Position numbers and translations under genes: made by a program. Below, piece by piece: positions 52,766 to 64,000 of a stretch of DNA of 64,000 nucleotides. Under the pieces are notes generated by a model. It was not told the DNA's origin and did no database searches. It saw only the letters and a list, made by a program, of their open reading frames with translations. The stretch's first letter is position 1. Every line of letters starts with the position of its first letter. This DNA is from Phoronis australis (taxonomy: Eukaryota; Animalia; Phoronida), in contig NMRA01000369.1 in the NCBI GenBank assembly GCA_002633005.1, positions 62,001 through 126,000 on the forward strand, written 5' to 3'.

Positions 52766-53017
52766 CAATTTAGAAGGCGCACCATGGAAAAGTTTAAGTG
52801 ATAAGGACAAAGACATATAACAGTCCAATAGCAAAGTTGTATTCAACTAAACTGGAATAACTAGACAAAGCTTACACCATTTTCACCATCAAAATTTGGA
52901 ACAACGAAACTAAACATCAAATTGGTAAAGCGATTACAATCCAGCATTCCCTCGAAGAAACTATCTTCTGATTTCGACCATTTACTGGTTTAAATTGACC
53001 TCGATTTTTTCTTTACT

Positions 53018-55697
53018 CGGCTAAATCACAATCAAGGTTCATGTTCGAGAGTTCACTTTGTTACGGTCTAAAATAAAATTTTTGGTCACTTACTAAATGC
53101 CAACTGAATCTCATATGCAAAGAGTTATTTAGTTGTGCACATTAAAAAAGAATCATCAACATCGGACAATGTTTGAGAAATTTATGCATGTTTTTGTCTA
53201 TGAATTTCATGCATTTTTAGCATTACGAGTGGCCATTATAAAAATTACAATTTTCAATTGTCAACAGTAGAAACTCTGTTAGTATTATCTGCAGAGAACC
53301 CAATAAGGAGTTACTGTACATTAAAGAGTCATTGGCCATTCAGAACCAGCATGCCACTGATTCTCTGAATAACATGTAGAGCTCTGTAACCCTGCAGCTA
53401 TGGTGATGACCAGCTACCGACCTTATTCTATGTATCTCTCACTTCACTCTATGGATGTTACCTGAGCTGTGTGTTGGCACTTGTTCTCCTAAATTGTTGT
53501 AAATATGATCCTGATGATGTCTAATGAAAAGATGAAACGTTGAATTGAACATGAACTTTTTTATTTGTGCGGCGATTGTCCGGTTTTTAATCTTATTGTG
53601 GCCAAAAACTGATTTAATTTATCAAGTAAGCAATTGCTTAGATATGACTGGGAATAACTTCAGTCGCTTTTAAAATCACTTACATGAAGTTGTGCTTAAT
53701 CATTGAGAAATGGTAGGCTTCATCATAAAACAGGCACTCGTTACGAAATTTGTAAATTCTGTGTTTCTAACCCTCACCAAGTGTAAAGAAGATTAAAAAC
53801 TAAAGTTCAGACTCTCTCATAAAAAGAACTGCAGAATATGTTAGCCTAGGCAACACAGCAAATTATTCAATATCTAAATAAACCAAAATTTTGGATATTG
53901 ACTGGGTTCTGCTATGTTGAAAATGGGCCAAAAAGGCTAACAAAATGTAGTGTATGTACCCCCATGTGGAACTCAGTAACACAAATGGTCATTGCAAATG
54001 AAATTATTGCCTTTTAAATAACAACATGGTACTTATTATCATCAAAGAAAAATAAATGGCCATACAACCTTACGTTACCATGTGATGCAGAAACTGTGAT
54101 GTAGTGTACGTACCCCCATGTTTACAAATGCCATGAAATTAAAATATTACTTGATAAGTGAGCAACACTAGTAACAGACAGTTCCCTTCCTCAAAGATGT
54201 TAGGTTGAAAGGGTGTTTATTACAATTACATTTGTTTTGAGTGAAATATTAACATTTGTGTAGTGTACGTACCCCTATATTTTAATTTGTGCCTATTTTC
54301 AAAGTACGGCAGATATGCACATGGATGCTGTTTTTTATTTTTTCTCCTTGAATTGATTTAGTAAATAAACTAACTCTCAGTAGATTCTTAGTATTTAGTT
54401 ACAAACCTGACATGACATTGAAATGTAGTGTACGTACCCCTGTGTAGTGTACGTACCCTGGTGTGAACAAATGCCATGAAACAAAAATATTACACGGTAA
54501 GTCAGCAACATTTGTCACAGACAGTTTCCTCCATTAAAACTGCTATGTTAAAAGGATGTTAATTACAAATACATTTGTTTTGAGTGAAATATTAGCATTT
54601 GTGTAGTGTACGGACCCCTATATTTTAACATGTGCCTGTTTTCAAAGAATGACAGACAGATATACACATGTACATGTATGCTGTAATTTTTATTTGAATA
54701 GATTTGGTAAATGAACTAACTCTCAGTAGATTCTAAGTATTTTTTATAAACCTAACAAATCATTGAAATGTAGTGTACGTACCCCTGTGTAGTGTACGTA
54801 CCTTCAACCTCTATGCTATAAAGTATTGCCCACAAGTATACATACTGCTGTTCTCATGAACAATACTGATATTTCCAAAATGCATCCAGTCTGACTAAAA
54901 AAAAAACAATGGACATTATCAAATTTGTGAGCAATAAAATGCCACACAGGACTTGGCTAGTACTTCTAGGATGTTAAAACATCCTAGAAGACATGTCATG
55001 TGACAACTGATGTTGCATAGGCAGGTTCTCTATCTCTCAAGACAATTTGCAACAAACCAACTAGGAGGCAGCACAAAACTCGAGACCATCCCAATACATT
55101 TGTAACTTAGTCAAAATTTGAAGTTGATTGACTGGGTAGTGTACTACCCCCCAATCAGTACCATTTTTACTGTTTACAAGTGGAACACTGGGCCTAGCAT
55201 TGCTTTAAATACCAACTGGTGAATGTATTGGAAACTAGGCAAATAGCACCAATAAAGTTTTTGAAAAAAGTAGTTACTTGTCATTTCTTTTTGTAAGAAT
55301 TATATTACAAGAGAGGAACTTCTCATTATACTATGTTAAGATATGCAATGTATCATCATCTAGAACAATTTGATCAGCATGTTAATAAATTTTCCTTACT
55401 TTAGTATGTGATACTTCTTCAATTTGATCAAGAACTTGTTAAATTAACTGTTACCTTATGAATTTATGCATGGTAGAAGTTGGCTGTGACCACAAGTTGT
55501 AGTGTACGTACCCTTTTGAACAACTGTGATGCATTACGCCATAAAATTTTATTCGGTGGTTCTTGTGCAAAAATATTTTAGATTACAAACCTGGAATGAT
55601 GGTACTTCAAAATAACCCAGCTTTTACAGTTATATGAAAAACTTCATTTTTCACCAGAAGTGGCCACCGAATGTGGACCTTGATTGTGATTTGCCCG
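53018..55697. mobile_element. Non-autonomous TIR transposon, Academ-like
   Basis: TIRs cggctaaatcacaatcaagg / ccttgattgtgatttgcccg; 3-bp TSD ACT; ~10 internal gtagtgtacgtaccc motifs and a ~345-bp internal tandem duplication; no ORF. Confidence 0.7.
53509..53543 (+). ncRNA. Minimal type I hammerhead-ribozyme-like motif (Penelope-type, possibly degenerate)
   Basis: CUGAUGA-U-GUCU(aaugaaa)AGAU-GAAA-CGUU with palindromic AACGUU; stem I is weak. Confidence 0.45.
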
Positions 55698-57265
55698 ACT
55701 TGGTACCAAACTAGTCGGCAGCCCAATGGTCATCTCTTAACTCCTGTTGGCAAACGAAGGAGAACCTTCCCTGGCCAATCTGATTAAACCAAAGATTCAA
55801 AAAATATTCTCAGTCTTAACATTAGACACTTCATTCAAATGTTAAAGGGTCACTGCAACCTAGCACGACACACACACATCATCGGGCATAGTTGTAGCAC
55901 ATGAGTGTGGTACTTAGTATGTTGAAATATCTAAACATCTGGTATAGTCTTGCCCAGCTTGCCATAGGCTAAGGAGCACGCCACTAGATGGCACCATTGC
56001 ATCCTTACAATGTATAATGCATGGCAACAAATGGAAATTCTCTGCATTTTCTTAAAAAATACAGACATATATGAAACCTCCTTTCATAAAGAACCTGTTG
56101 ATCGATAACAAAGCTCTCGTGAGTTTTAGCTCAAGTGTTTCAAGCAATGGGCCCAGCCAGCTAGACTGCACATGTCAGACGCACCCCGGCAAAAGACATC
56201 TGACCCCCCAAACTCCTTTTTTCGCTATTTACTCGGATCATGGGAAGAAGTTTTTGGTCATAGAAAGAAAGAAGTGATATTGCTCAAGACCATGCTCGAT
56301 GAATAAAATGATATACCAAGTCAATTTGTAGAGCTTGGTCTCAATCAAAAACAAATACCAGTTGTTTCCAAGCCCAAAAATTACACATATCTTGACTAAG
56401 GAACAATTTGATACCAATGTCATAATGAATGGTCTAAATCAAAAGTTGGCTTTTGTGCCTGAATATGAAAGGTTTGTAACCACCTCAATTATTAATAATA
56501 ATAAGATTATACGCTAATGCCAATTAATTCAACATCATGTTAGGAGGTGGAACAACATGATCACCTTTGACCTTTCCTCAACAGTACTGGCTCCAGTCAT
56601 AATTCAGAATTTGTAAACAACATTCAACATACATGTACTACTCTCCAGCATTTTGAAAGCACAATGGTGACAACTGGTGGTCACAAAGGGTCGAGTTAAC
56701 AAAGCCCATACGCAATTTCTTTCTCTAAATATACGTGAATCGTTTGAACTTCCCCGCACAGTAATGGTAATTTGAGGAACAGTGAGAGCAAGGTACATGT
56801 TACCAAAGAAATTAGACAAATGCTGTGGCATACCGCTACTTAAAAAAATCTTGGTCCACGTTACATGTCATCTGAACGTTCTAACATCATCTAATGACAC
56901 AGTACATATATTATGTTGCCCCCATAATGAAACTGGCTATTACACGTACATCTATTTAAAACAAGATAATAGATTGAAGCTAATCAATTTTCAACGTCCT
57001 TTACAAGCAAATTAGGTTTATGGACCTGCATCCAAAATAAGGCGACTAAGCCTCACTTGTAAGTACAGGCAGCTATCTCTTTTAACAGCGAAAGTCTTGA
57101 ATAGTATCTTCTTCTATGAGTAAGCTGCCCGTCTTTGAACTTTAACAAAGACTACCACTGGGTTTGAGCTTCTCTCAACATTGCTTCATGGTTTGCTCAG
57201 GAATTCCACACATACATTGTAAGTACACAATCAAACAACTGTCAGGAGAGTCCAGAAGATATGTG

Positions 57266-59655
57266 TTACCTGCGTCCTCCATTAAACACATTACTGACTG
57301 CCACCTTCAAAGCTGGCCAGAGAAGGGACAAATTCCTTCTGTACCATTCCCTGAAACACATTATCTAAGATAGAAATGTCGAAATAGTTGATGAACATTA
57401 CAGAGACAAAATAGCAATGTGTCATGCAAACAATTTTCGTTTTTCACATTGAAGCTACTTTAAGGGGTTTGAAAAGCATAGTTGATCATTGATTGTTAAA
57501 AGGATACCAAAAACAGTTTTGGCCTATTAACAGATATTAGGACAACTTTCCTATCCAGTTCTGTGAAACAAAATGTTCTGTTATCCCACGACAACTCTCA
57601 ACAGTTTTGTAGTCTGCTGAAAGGGCAACTGTGACTTGTGCTTTTACCAAAATACAAGGCAACTGTGGGCAAAGACCACCCATCAAGGACCATAATGTGC
57701 AATTTGTGAAATAGGGGTATGGTTTTTTAGTTAATTTGTGCTTTTATGTTTTACGATTGACGCCAATGACGCATTAGCAGGTGACAGAACAAACATTGGT
57801 TGAAATCATCAAAACAGGGTTAAAATATTTGAATTTAGTGCATTTTGAATTTGAACATTCCGTTATCTTGGGTCGAACACCTTTCAAGAGAAAACAAAGT
57901 GCAAAACCAAATGCTGTTAAGATGCAAATATTTAATTTTTTATGTCAATCACACAAGCAACTAGTGAAAATTTTTTGATTAAACCACTTTTTTTTCAACT
58001 TATTCCATAATAAGCTGGGATTCCAGGTTGTCAGTTTATGTGTACAAAGCAGCAGGGATTTCAGACTAGTTACACGATCAAACACTAGGTGGAGCTTTTA
58101 GTTGATGACAAATAGATTTAAATTAAGGAACTTTTGTGATGATCAAATTTCACCATTACACATAAAACTTGTCCTGCATCACGTAACAAGTCTACTTACT
58201 TGTTGTAATAAACATGAAGTTTGTAATTCTCATTCAAGAACTGCCTATAAAATGTGTACATATCCTCTGTGGTCAGATTATCACCTTCGTTCAATCCGAG
58301 CTTCTTCAGTTTCGAGGCTGAGTATTTCTCTTTTTCCTAATGGCAGCAAAACAGAAAATGTGAAATTGACAAACATTTACATTTCCCCAAGACAAAACCA
58401 TAAACACGGCTAAAATTATCATTTCTTGTGTCCTAATCTCGCTTTCTGCTAATTCACAAAAACAACCAGTCATATCTGCATATAATTACATTTTTAAACC
58501 AAAGGAATAAAAATATGTAGCACACGTGCAATCATTTGTCTTGCAAACCTGAAAAAGCTATAGGGTTTCCAAACATGGCTCGAAATTTTGAACATGGCTC
58601 AGAGCTCATAAAACATGGCTCAAGATTTCCAAACATAATTAAGAACTTTTGAAGCATGGTGCAGCACCATGTTTGAATACATTATAGTGAGAATGTTGTT
58701 ATATGAGTATCATTTCAAAGCACCAACCAAGATTTATCTTGGGTTCTTATATATTGGCAAGTACCAATAAGTCAGCATTCACAGACTTACAGCCAAGAAA
58801 TCACAAAATTCTCTTCTCAAACAAGTTTTCTAATAGGGAAAAATATTCCTTTACAGTAAAGAAGGAATGATACCTTTTTAAAATTTTCATTGTGTTTTGC
58901 CCAAAATTCCATGTTCCACTTTTGCGCCTCTTCTCGCTTCTCCCTAAAATCTCTCTCAAGACGCGTTTCATTGGGGGGAATGTAAAACTTGATCGGACGC
59001 AAGTTGGACTTGGGGTCTGCAGGGCCGATCCAGTCACGCCTGATGTTCTGTGGAGGATCTAGATGAATTTTTGTACCAGGTTTCGGCTTGGACGTCTGAA
59101 AAATAATGTGACACGTGTGACCATGAGGATTCGTGCACCATACATTCGAGTGAACCATGTTATCAAATCACATGGAATCAAACTTGAGAAAATGCTTTCA
59201 AAGTTGATAATCCTTGAAAATTCTATGCAACTCAGCACTTTTTTATTTTATTACAACGCAAGAAAAACCCAAAAGAGTAATAGAACAAATAATTAGCCCA
59301 TATCGAGGTTTATTTATAATGGCATCATTTACGAATTTATTTTTTATCACTCAATGAATGATCCTAAACAAAGATTGGGCAGCACCCAATGCAACGATAC
59401 CAAAATCATTCATTTAGACCTACATTTAGTGGATTTATTTGGAATAAGTTAGGGTCCATTATATCCGACTAGTGACTAGTGTACTGTCTGAGTGAGGACG
59501 TAGCCTACAGCACTTTGGTCAGTAGAGGTTGTTGGTTTGCTCCTCAGTTAAGTAACAATGGGTTATAGTACTCGCTTTACCTGTTTACTTGTCGAGTACT
59601 GCGCGTTTCGGAGAATACTCGGTGGTCTCGCAAAGATCCCGCAAAGTTTAAACAT
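57266..59655 (-). CDS. COA8: Cytochrome c oxidase assembly factor 8 (APOPT1), 172 aa
   Basis: Exons 59655-59581 (MFKLCGIFARPPSILRNAQYSTSKQ, presequence-like), 59095-58874 (DWIGPADPKSNLRP..FWAKHN), 58336-58200 (EKEKY..FYRQFLNEN..YYN), 57350-57266 (EWYRRN..stop); GT-AG sites with compatible phases. Confidence 0.93.
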
Positions 59656-62600
59656 GGTCAGGTGTCATAGCGCAAAAGCAAAATAAACTGCGGAAATACA
59701 AAAGCGAACCTATTGGGAGGGTAGCCAGTTTCGTACTGGCCTGGTGATGACGTCAGTCGGTCGGCTCAAATGCCTGGGTGACGTCACTTCGTCTGCTTTC
59801 ACTCCTCCCGGCTTCTGTCGCGTATATAATTCATCGAGCCTGTCTCGCCGCCGAAATTAATGATGCCTCATTAAAAAAATTTTACTCTTCCTTGAGTAAA
59901 CTAAATTATTTACCCGGGTGTTGGAAAATTGGGGTTCTTCAGTTATTCATCTGCTAAAACTGCGATGCGCTCTTTGGGCGCCATTGCGTCACCTATCGGG
60001 CCAATGAATTTCCACGTTCTTCCATCAACTGTGTAAGGTAGCGTAAAAATCGGAAGTGGTTTCATTTCGTTACAGGTTTTTACTATTTCAATACCAAAAA
60101 ACAATTTCAGAAAATACCCTCGAGAGATATCGTAAAGTTTTGGGAAATGGCGCGTACGGGCGTGTGTCATGAGATTGCACTGTTTTCAAAACGACGGCAG
60201 GATTTTCCTTTGTTACAAAAGGCGGAGAATTACGAAAAATAACGTTTATTAGATTTCGTTTACTTTTGTGGCTGTAACGGGCACTGTGAATGTCGATTCA
60301 TTAGCAGACTCTGCATGCCTCCCTGCAGGTTGTTACTGAGCTCTAAGTTTCACGACGAGGTGACGACGCGGGACTGCTGAGCACATGGGTTGTGTGAAAT
60401 TTCGGTGTCTAACGGAGCTACCTAGCTGTATGTTGACGACAGTTTTCATACAGCTAGCTGCATTTCTACCTCGGTAGTTTATGTACATTTATGATGTAAC
60501 TTTTGTAAATACTTTCAGAGGCGGATCCAGGATTTTGAGTTGGGGGGACGGCACTATAATAGTAGCCAGAATTTTGCCCTTCAGACATTCGCACTCCCGA
60601 ACTGCCAAATGGAAGCTGGGAGTATTTTATGGGGGGCATGACCCCCTTGGCCCCCCTCTAAATCCGCCACTGACATCTATATACTTTGTGTAATATACAA
60701 TATTTTAAATGCATTCTTAGTTTTCATTTTAAACTGAAGAATATCTGATTACCGTACTTTGTGTTACGGTAGGGTCAAATGTCTGGAAAGACATTTGTAC
60801 TGCCTAGGGGAAGAATCCCACAGCCGCACACTAAAAGCTGACAGGTGACAGAAATTCTGCTTGAAGCTTTGAACACGGTCTCTTCAAGAAGTATTCCTGT
60901 CTCTCAATGCGATGAACACTCTTAGGTGTAGCTATTTCCCCTGGGCGTTTCCCACTAGCTGCTACCCGTGCTTTCGCACGGCTAGTTTTATATAATAGAT
61001 GAGGACGCTCAAGAGCAGGGTTTTGTGAACACCACTCTATTAATATCCATGTTCTGGAGAATGGGAGAACAATTTAAGTTTTTATTCAGCGTTGAGAATT
61101 TTTTCGCGAGTAAACTGATGCCATATGTCAAATTGCTTTAAAGTGGCGGACGGCAGCAATTAATGCTCGCCTCATTGGGGATTTCCTGGAGAAAAATCGC
61201 CTGCACTATCATAAAAAAGCCCATGGGCTCTTTTTCGTAAATGAAGGAAGAAAAATTGCACATGAACGCATTTTGGGAATAAAAGGCAACTAGTGTTGGT
61301 TTGAACGCATCACTCCTAAATGGTCGTTGTTTTCCCCAGTTATGCTGTTCGTTAAACGCCCAGAGCAAATCCCGACTTGATCTGATCCCTTACCATTATA
61401 GAATTGGCGTCAAATTAGCCAAAAAATGGAGGTAATACGGGGCTTTGATTAAATTCGGAACGTGGGTTCAGGCGCTCTTGTGCATAAAGTTGGCCATTTT
61501 AACTTAGTCAGTTAAAAAATTTGCTGCCAAAACAGACATTTTTTTTCAAATCCTGCTGGTAAACGTATTACAATCCCCTGGAATATGTTTACTGTATTGC
61601 CGCGCCTTTAGGCCAATGGGCCTATGTCCAAATTAATGCCTTTTTCGAGGTCTTTTTACACACGAGGGTCACACATTGGCGCAATATGTTACGACTACGT
61701 TTCGCATATAAGCCTTGGTAGTGCATAGGCCCATACATTACTGATAGGCGCACCCGTCTTGACTAGGCCTGCCGCTGTGCATCTCAATGGCAATTTTCAC
61801 TTCTGCCTCTGTATATTTTCTTTGGCGTAATTTCAAGAAATTTGGTAGATTGTTTTGTATTACCGTTTGCCGCGCATTTGTTCCCGTCGCCGGACTTGCA
61901 TCCCATTTTTAATTGGGATATATCAACCCATTAAAATGCCTTTTTGTGACCTTTTTACCCAAGTGTAAGCGCAGTTTCGTTCAGACGCCCATGCGCCTAA
62001 TGGCGCGGCGATATTGTATGAAAGTGTTGGCGTGTCATTTGAAAGACATAAGATTGGGTGAACAGGACAGCAAATCAAGTTTCCAAAAAGCGCCCATTCC
62101 CGAAAAACTTTTGAGTGGGAACAAAACATGACTTCAAAAAATCGATGGTTCTGAAAAAGCGCCCAAGCCATTTTATCCAAAATCCCCGTTGTAGTGTGGA
62201 AATCATGAAAATCGATTAGCGCTAACATAAGTACAGCATTACCAAGACTATAAGTTCTGGATTATTTCAATGTCGACAGAATTTCAATATACTTAGTTAT
62301 AAAACGCTCCGCTTCCAGTGCATAAACCTTACTATACCATTTGCATGGCAGCGTTCGGGACACCCGATTGCGTTACCGCTAGTAGACGCCAGAGGGAATC
62401 TTTCTAAAACTCAAGATCACGCCAGACTACGCGAGATACCGCCATGCATTGCAAGCGAAGCACCTGACCACTACCACAGTGGAGTAACGCAAGGACCTGC
62501 GCTAGGACATCGTTAAAAAAGCAAGACTTTGCAAGATCACATGAGATATCGCTTTGTTTTTTAAATGAGAACATTGTCATTTTAGCTAGATGTTTCTAGC

Positions 62601-64000
62601 CGCGAGACAACTAGTGAACTCTACTCAGATTTACTTTGTCGAGAGACGTTTTACGTCTACGGACCACTCGACGAAAAAGAAATCCATTCACTTCAGCATA
62701 AACTAGAGTGTGGATATACTTTGGTCTTACGCTTCCGTTTCAAGATGCCGAACATGTACCCAAGTAATTATGAGCAAAACCTCACTGTCTAACATTAATT
62801 GATGGAAATTATCTCGTTAATTAGGTATTGCACGTATATTATCAAAGACTTTGTACTTTTGGGCACGTTAAATTTAATTTTTTACTCAGAAATACTTGTG
62901 TTGAGCGTAAGACCAAATTCCAGTCTTAATGAAACAGACTCAGACTGGCACCCCTGTGAGATATACTTGCGTTCCGAATGTCCATACATGAGGGGGTGTT
63001 TGCCATATTCTTTTCCAGATGAATGACACATTGCCTGGACATTACCCGCGAAAACATCATTCGGTGGGGACAGGGGAGTCACTGTGCTGTCTCCCTCATT
63101 CATCAAATGCTTTCACTGGCATGGCTGATGTTCTCGTCAATATTATGGTCGTGTCCGCACGGGGACAGGATTCCCTTTCTTCCTCAACCCATCTATGGCT
63201 TCTTTTGGTTATGGAACATTTTTTATTCCCCGTTTATTTTTTTCAGTAAGAGGTCCACATTGCGAAAAATTCGAGCCCGCTTATGTTTTAGGCTGGGTGC
63301 GCGCTTGCCATGGGAACCCAGGTGCAAGATATCTCGAGAAACAACTTTCATCTATTGGTTCACTTTGCTAACTGTTAATCCACAAGCATGTGGGCCCTTG
63401 AGTAAATGAACTTGTCTAAAATTTTAATACATACAAGCACATTTATGTTATAAATTAATGGACGTATTGACTTTATTTCGCCGTTCGTTTGCTAGCGAAC
63501 TTGAAAGACGCGTGTACCACAACTGAAAGGAAGAACCATCCGGGTCATTGACCAAATGCCCGGGGTCACTCAGACTGTTCCTTTATCATGATGCATGATT
63601 AATAGACTAAATTAATTAAAGGCATGATACTACATGACATGTCTAGAAGTGTTTTATTTCAGAATTAAGCTTGTCTAATCACTTTTGAAACACACCAAGT
63701 ACAAATGTTTACAAATCAGTGTATATTGTAGCTTAATTGAACTAGCTGCCATATTTTTAAAGATCGGAATATCCCTCAGCAACTCAGAGATGCTATTATC
63801 ACTCTATGTAACTATGGAATTATGTAATTATGAAATTTCACCATCTTTTACAATAACGTCGTAATAAAATTTCAACAATCAACGGTGTTAAAACAAGGCA
63901 ATGTTGCGTTTATTAAACCTTGATCTCAAGGATTTTTTCTTTAGTGTCAATCGTTTTGGCACCAGTCAAAAATTTGGTGTCTTTTGCGGCCTCATACTGT

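Larger units (their letters stand above)
34978..63658 (+). repeat. Segmental duplication, copy B
   Basis: Collinear with 1-23188; has extra segments 43967-45218, ~47680-58515 and ~59133-59967; lacks ~393-6350 and 13671-15456. Confidence 0.95.

Overview
Eukaryotic (spliceosomal GT-AG introns, AT-rich) DNA from an invertebrate animal. Most of the window is a diverged tandem segmental duplication: copy A (1-~23188) and copy B (34978-~63658). Each copy has a 3-coding-exon gene for a soluble ~556-aa protein: ~170-aa acidic N-terminus, then ZU5 with an HF|T autoproteolysis-type motif, UPA and a death domain. This is a CARD8/PIDD/UNC5CL-like layout. Copy B has an intact 4-exon COA8 (APOPT1) gene; copy A keeps only exon 2. 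Copy B also has a candidate small minus-strand gene with a RHIM-like motif (VQSGNHN) and a perfect kappaB site upstream. Between the copies is the 3' part of a gene for a single-pass membrane protein with a mucin-like stalk and cytoplasmic Tyr motifs. Mobile DNA includes a gag-only LTR element (LTRs, tRNA-Ser-type PBS, PPT, HhH-like Gag N-terminus), an internally deleted Kolobok (empty TTAA site in the paralogous copy), an older Kolobok-like relic, an Academ-like element containing a minimal hammerhead-like motif, an insertion with an array of CTCF-like motifs, MITEs, a SINE head and satellites. All calls come from reading the sequence by eye; no searches were run.
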